A DNA stretch of 24,000 nucleotides from the sequence record PQ868952.1. One strand, given 5' to 3'. Below are positions 22,778-24,000 of the stretch, piece by piece. Numbering within the stretch: position 1 is the stretch's first letter; each line of letters starts with the position of its first letter. A program made the position numbers and the translations under genes. The notes under the pieces are model-generated. The model searched no databases, was not told the origin of the DNA, and saw nothing but the letters and a program-made list of their open reading frames with translations. Source of the stretch: Curtobacterium phage Sunfish.

Positions 22778-22793
22778 GTCTAGCGTGCTAGAC
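22778..22793. repeat. Variant palindrome GTCTAGCGTGCTAGAC, copy 12
   Basis: Same arms with 2-nt centre GT; contains TAG stop of CDS 22788-23531. Confidence 0.9.
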
Positions 22794-23531
22794 GGTCGCG
22801 CCGGTCAGTGCGTCGGCCCGCTGTGTGAGCGGGCGGAGTGCGGTATCCACCGCGTCGAACACGCGAAGGGCGTCGTCGTCGCTCAGTGCGGCGGCGTCGT
22901 CCAGTGCGCGGGTGATCGTCGCGATGATGACGTCCGCGCTCATGGGAACGGCGGCGACCATGTCGGCGGTCGCGGTGCGCTCCACGTCAGCGGGGTCAGC
23001 CGTCGGCGTGGTGTCCTCCGTGCGGTCCGGCGTGCCGTTCGTCGGCACCTTGGCCGACTCACGGTGCAGCGTGTAGGCCGCGTCGAAGAGTCCGAACACC
23101 AACGACGCACGGTCGGTGGCGGGGGCTGCGAGGACCGCGGCGACCGCGTCGTCCCGGAAGGGCTTGATGCCCGCCCGGTTCGCGGTGGTGCGGTACACGG
23201 CGTGCATGTCCGCGTCGTCCAGGTCGGACGGCGCCAGGCCCATGTCACGGACCAGCGATGCCGCCAGCGAGTAGGTGCCCAGGATGGACTTACCCACGCG
23301 GTAGCGGTCGTCCTCACGGTGCGGGCCGTACTCACCACGGGACAGGCCCGGGTATGCGGCGGCGATGCGAGCATCGGTCGCGGCCTGAGCCAACTCCGCG
23401 ATGCTCTTCCCGCCCGTGATGCCATCCGAGTGTGCCGCGTACAGCGCACGCACCCGGGCGGCGACAGCAGCCGTGTCCTTCCCGAACGTGCGGGCAATCG
23501 CAGCGGCGTGCTTGGTCATGGTGTCAGTCAT
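22788..23531 (-). CDS. Hypothetical protein
   Basis: 247 aa MTDTMTKHAAAIARTFGKDTAAVAARVRALYAAHSDG...TGATV; SD CTGGGAGACACACC. Confidence 0.7.
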   Translation of the reverse strand: MTDTMTKHAAAIARTFGKDTAAVAARVRALYAAHSDGITGGKSIAELAQAATDARIAAAYPGLSRGEYGPHREDDRYRVGKSILGTYSLAASLVRDMGLAPSDLDDADMHAVYRTTANRAGIKPFRDDAVAAVLAAPATDRASLVFGLFDAAYTLHRESAKVPTNGTPDRTEDTTPTADPADVERTATADMVAAVPMSADVIIATITRALDDAAALSDDDALRVFDAVDTALRPLTQRADALTGATV

Positions 23532-24000
23532 GGTGTGTCTCCCAGTGGTGTAGCCCCGGCAAGTACCGGAGCGGTGGAGGCGTGACGAGTGTCACACCGG
23601 CTGGCACCACAGGACCACGCGGGGACTGCGGTGTCAGCGGATGCACACGGACTTTCCACCTGAGGTGGGGGAGGACGTGTGCGCCCGTGTTCATGCGGGA
23701 GGGGGAGGAGGATCGTGCTTCGCTCCGTCGCGCATGCCCTGTCCTGAGGTGCTGGGACCGTACGCCGGAGCGGGTCCAGGGTCAGGCAGGGTGAGCCGTG
23801 GGTGACGACTGACAGGGGGTTCACTGTGGAGTTGGCGGGCTATGCCCAAGGTGCTGGCACGCACGGGGTGAGCGGTCCGGTTGGCGGTCCGCGTGATGCG
23901 GGGGGGCCAGCCGGTCAACCTGTGGTGCGGTACCCACACTACGCGGTGGTGACCCCCCCACGCAACCGATTCGGGCGCGGGGCGGTCCCCAGGGGACGCT

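Noticed and set aside
7363-22793. Palindromes as intrinsic terminators or CRISPR repeats
   Set aside because: Full 7-bp arms separated by only 1 nt cannot form a normal hairpin loop, no T-tract follows, and spacing of hundreds to thousands of bp with coding DNA between excludes a CRISPR array.
22422-23585. 387-aa plus-strand ORF
   Set aside because: Antisense to CDS 22788-23531 with low-complexity composition and no supporting start context.
1-24000. Classical defence system (restriction-modification, CBASS, toxin-antitoxin, retron)
   Set aside because: No methyltransferase, helicase, reverse transcriptase, cyclase or recognisable toxin-antitoxin motif was visible in the translated ORFs.

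Overview
High-GC window that looks like part of an actinobacteriophage genome, or closely related prophage DNA. It has about 45 short, tightly packed genes, almost all on the minus strand and many overlapping by TGATG or GTGA. Recognisable genes: a Rad52-like annealing protein (117-938), a RuvC-like resolvase (2402-3001), an SSB (4607-5164), HNH-type endonucleases (5164-5706 minus, 14324-14734 plus, probably 935-1387 minus), a DUF3307-like membrane protein (6131-6559), a signal-peptide / TDEPTTPP-repeat / LAFTG protein that looks sortase-anchored (17482-18522), and a small secreted protein (22153-22383). Most of the rest are short proteins of unknown function. The strongest unusual signal is a near-invariant palindrome, GTCTAGC-S-GCTAGAC: 11 exact copies plus one GTCTAGCGTGCTAGAC variant between 7.36 and 22.79 kb, at gene junctions in nearly every case. 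In eight cases the palindrome itself supplies the TAG stop of the upstream gene. Other signals are a 15-bp-arm inverted repeat at a putative promoter (1414-1453), a 14.15-14.30 kb control region with several inverted repeats and a T-tailed terminator, an atypical 92-nt tRNA-like element, a truncated tRNA-like element, recurrent KES* C-termini that encode the next gene's Shine-Dalgarno, and very small membrane-peptide genes absent from the ORF track. No database search or folding software was used; names beyond the motifs visible are inference.
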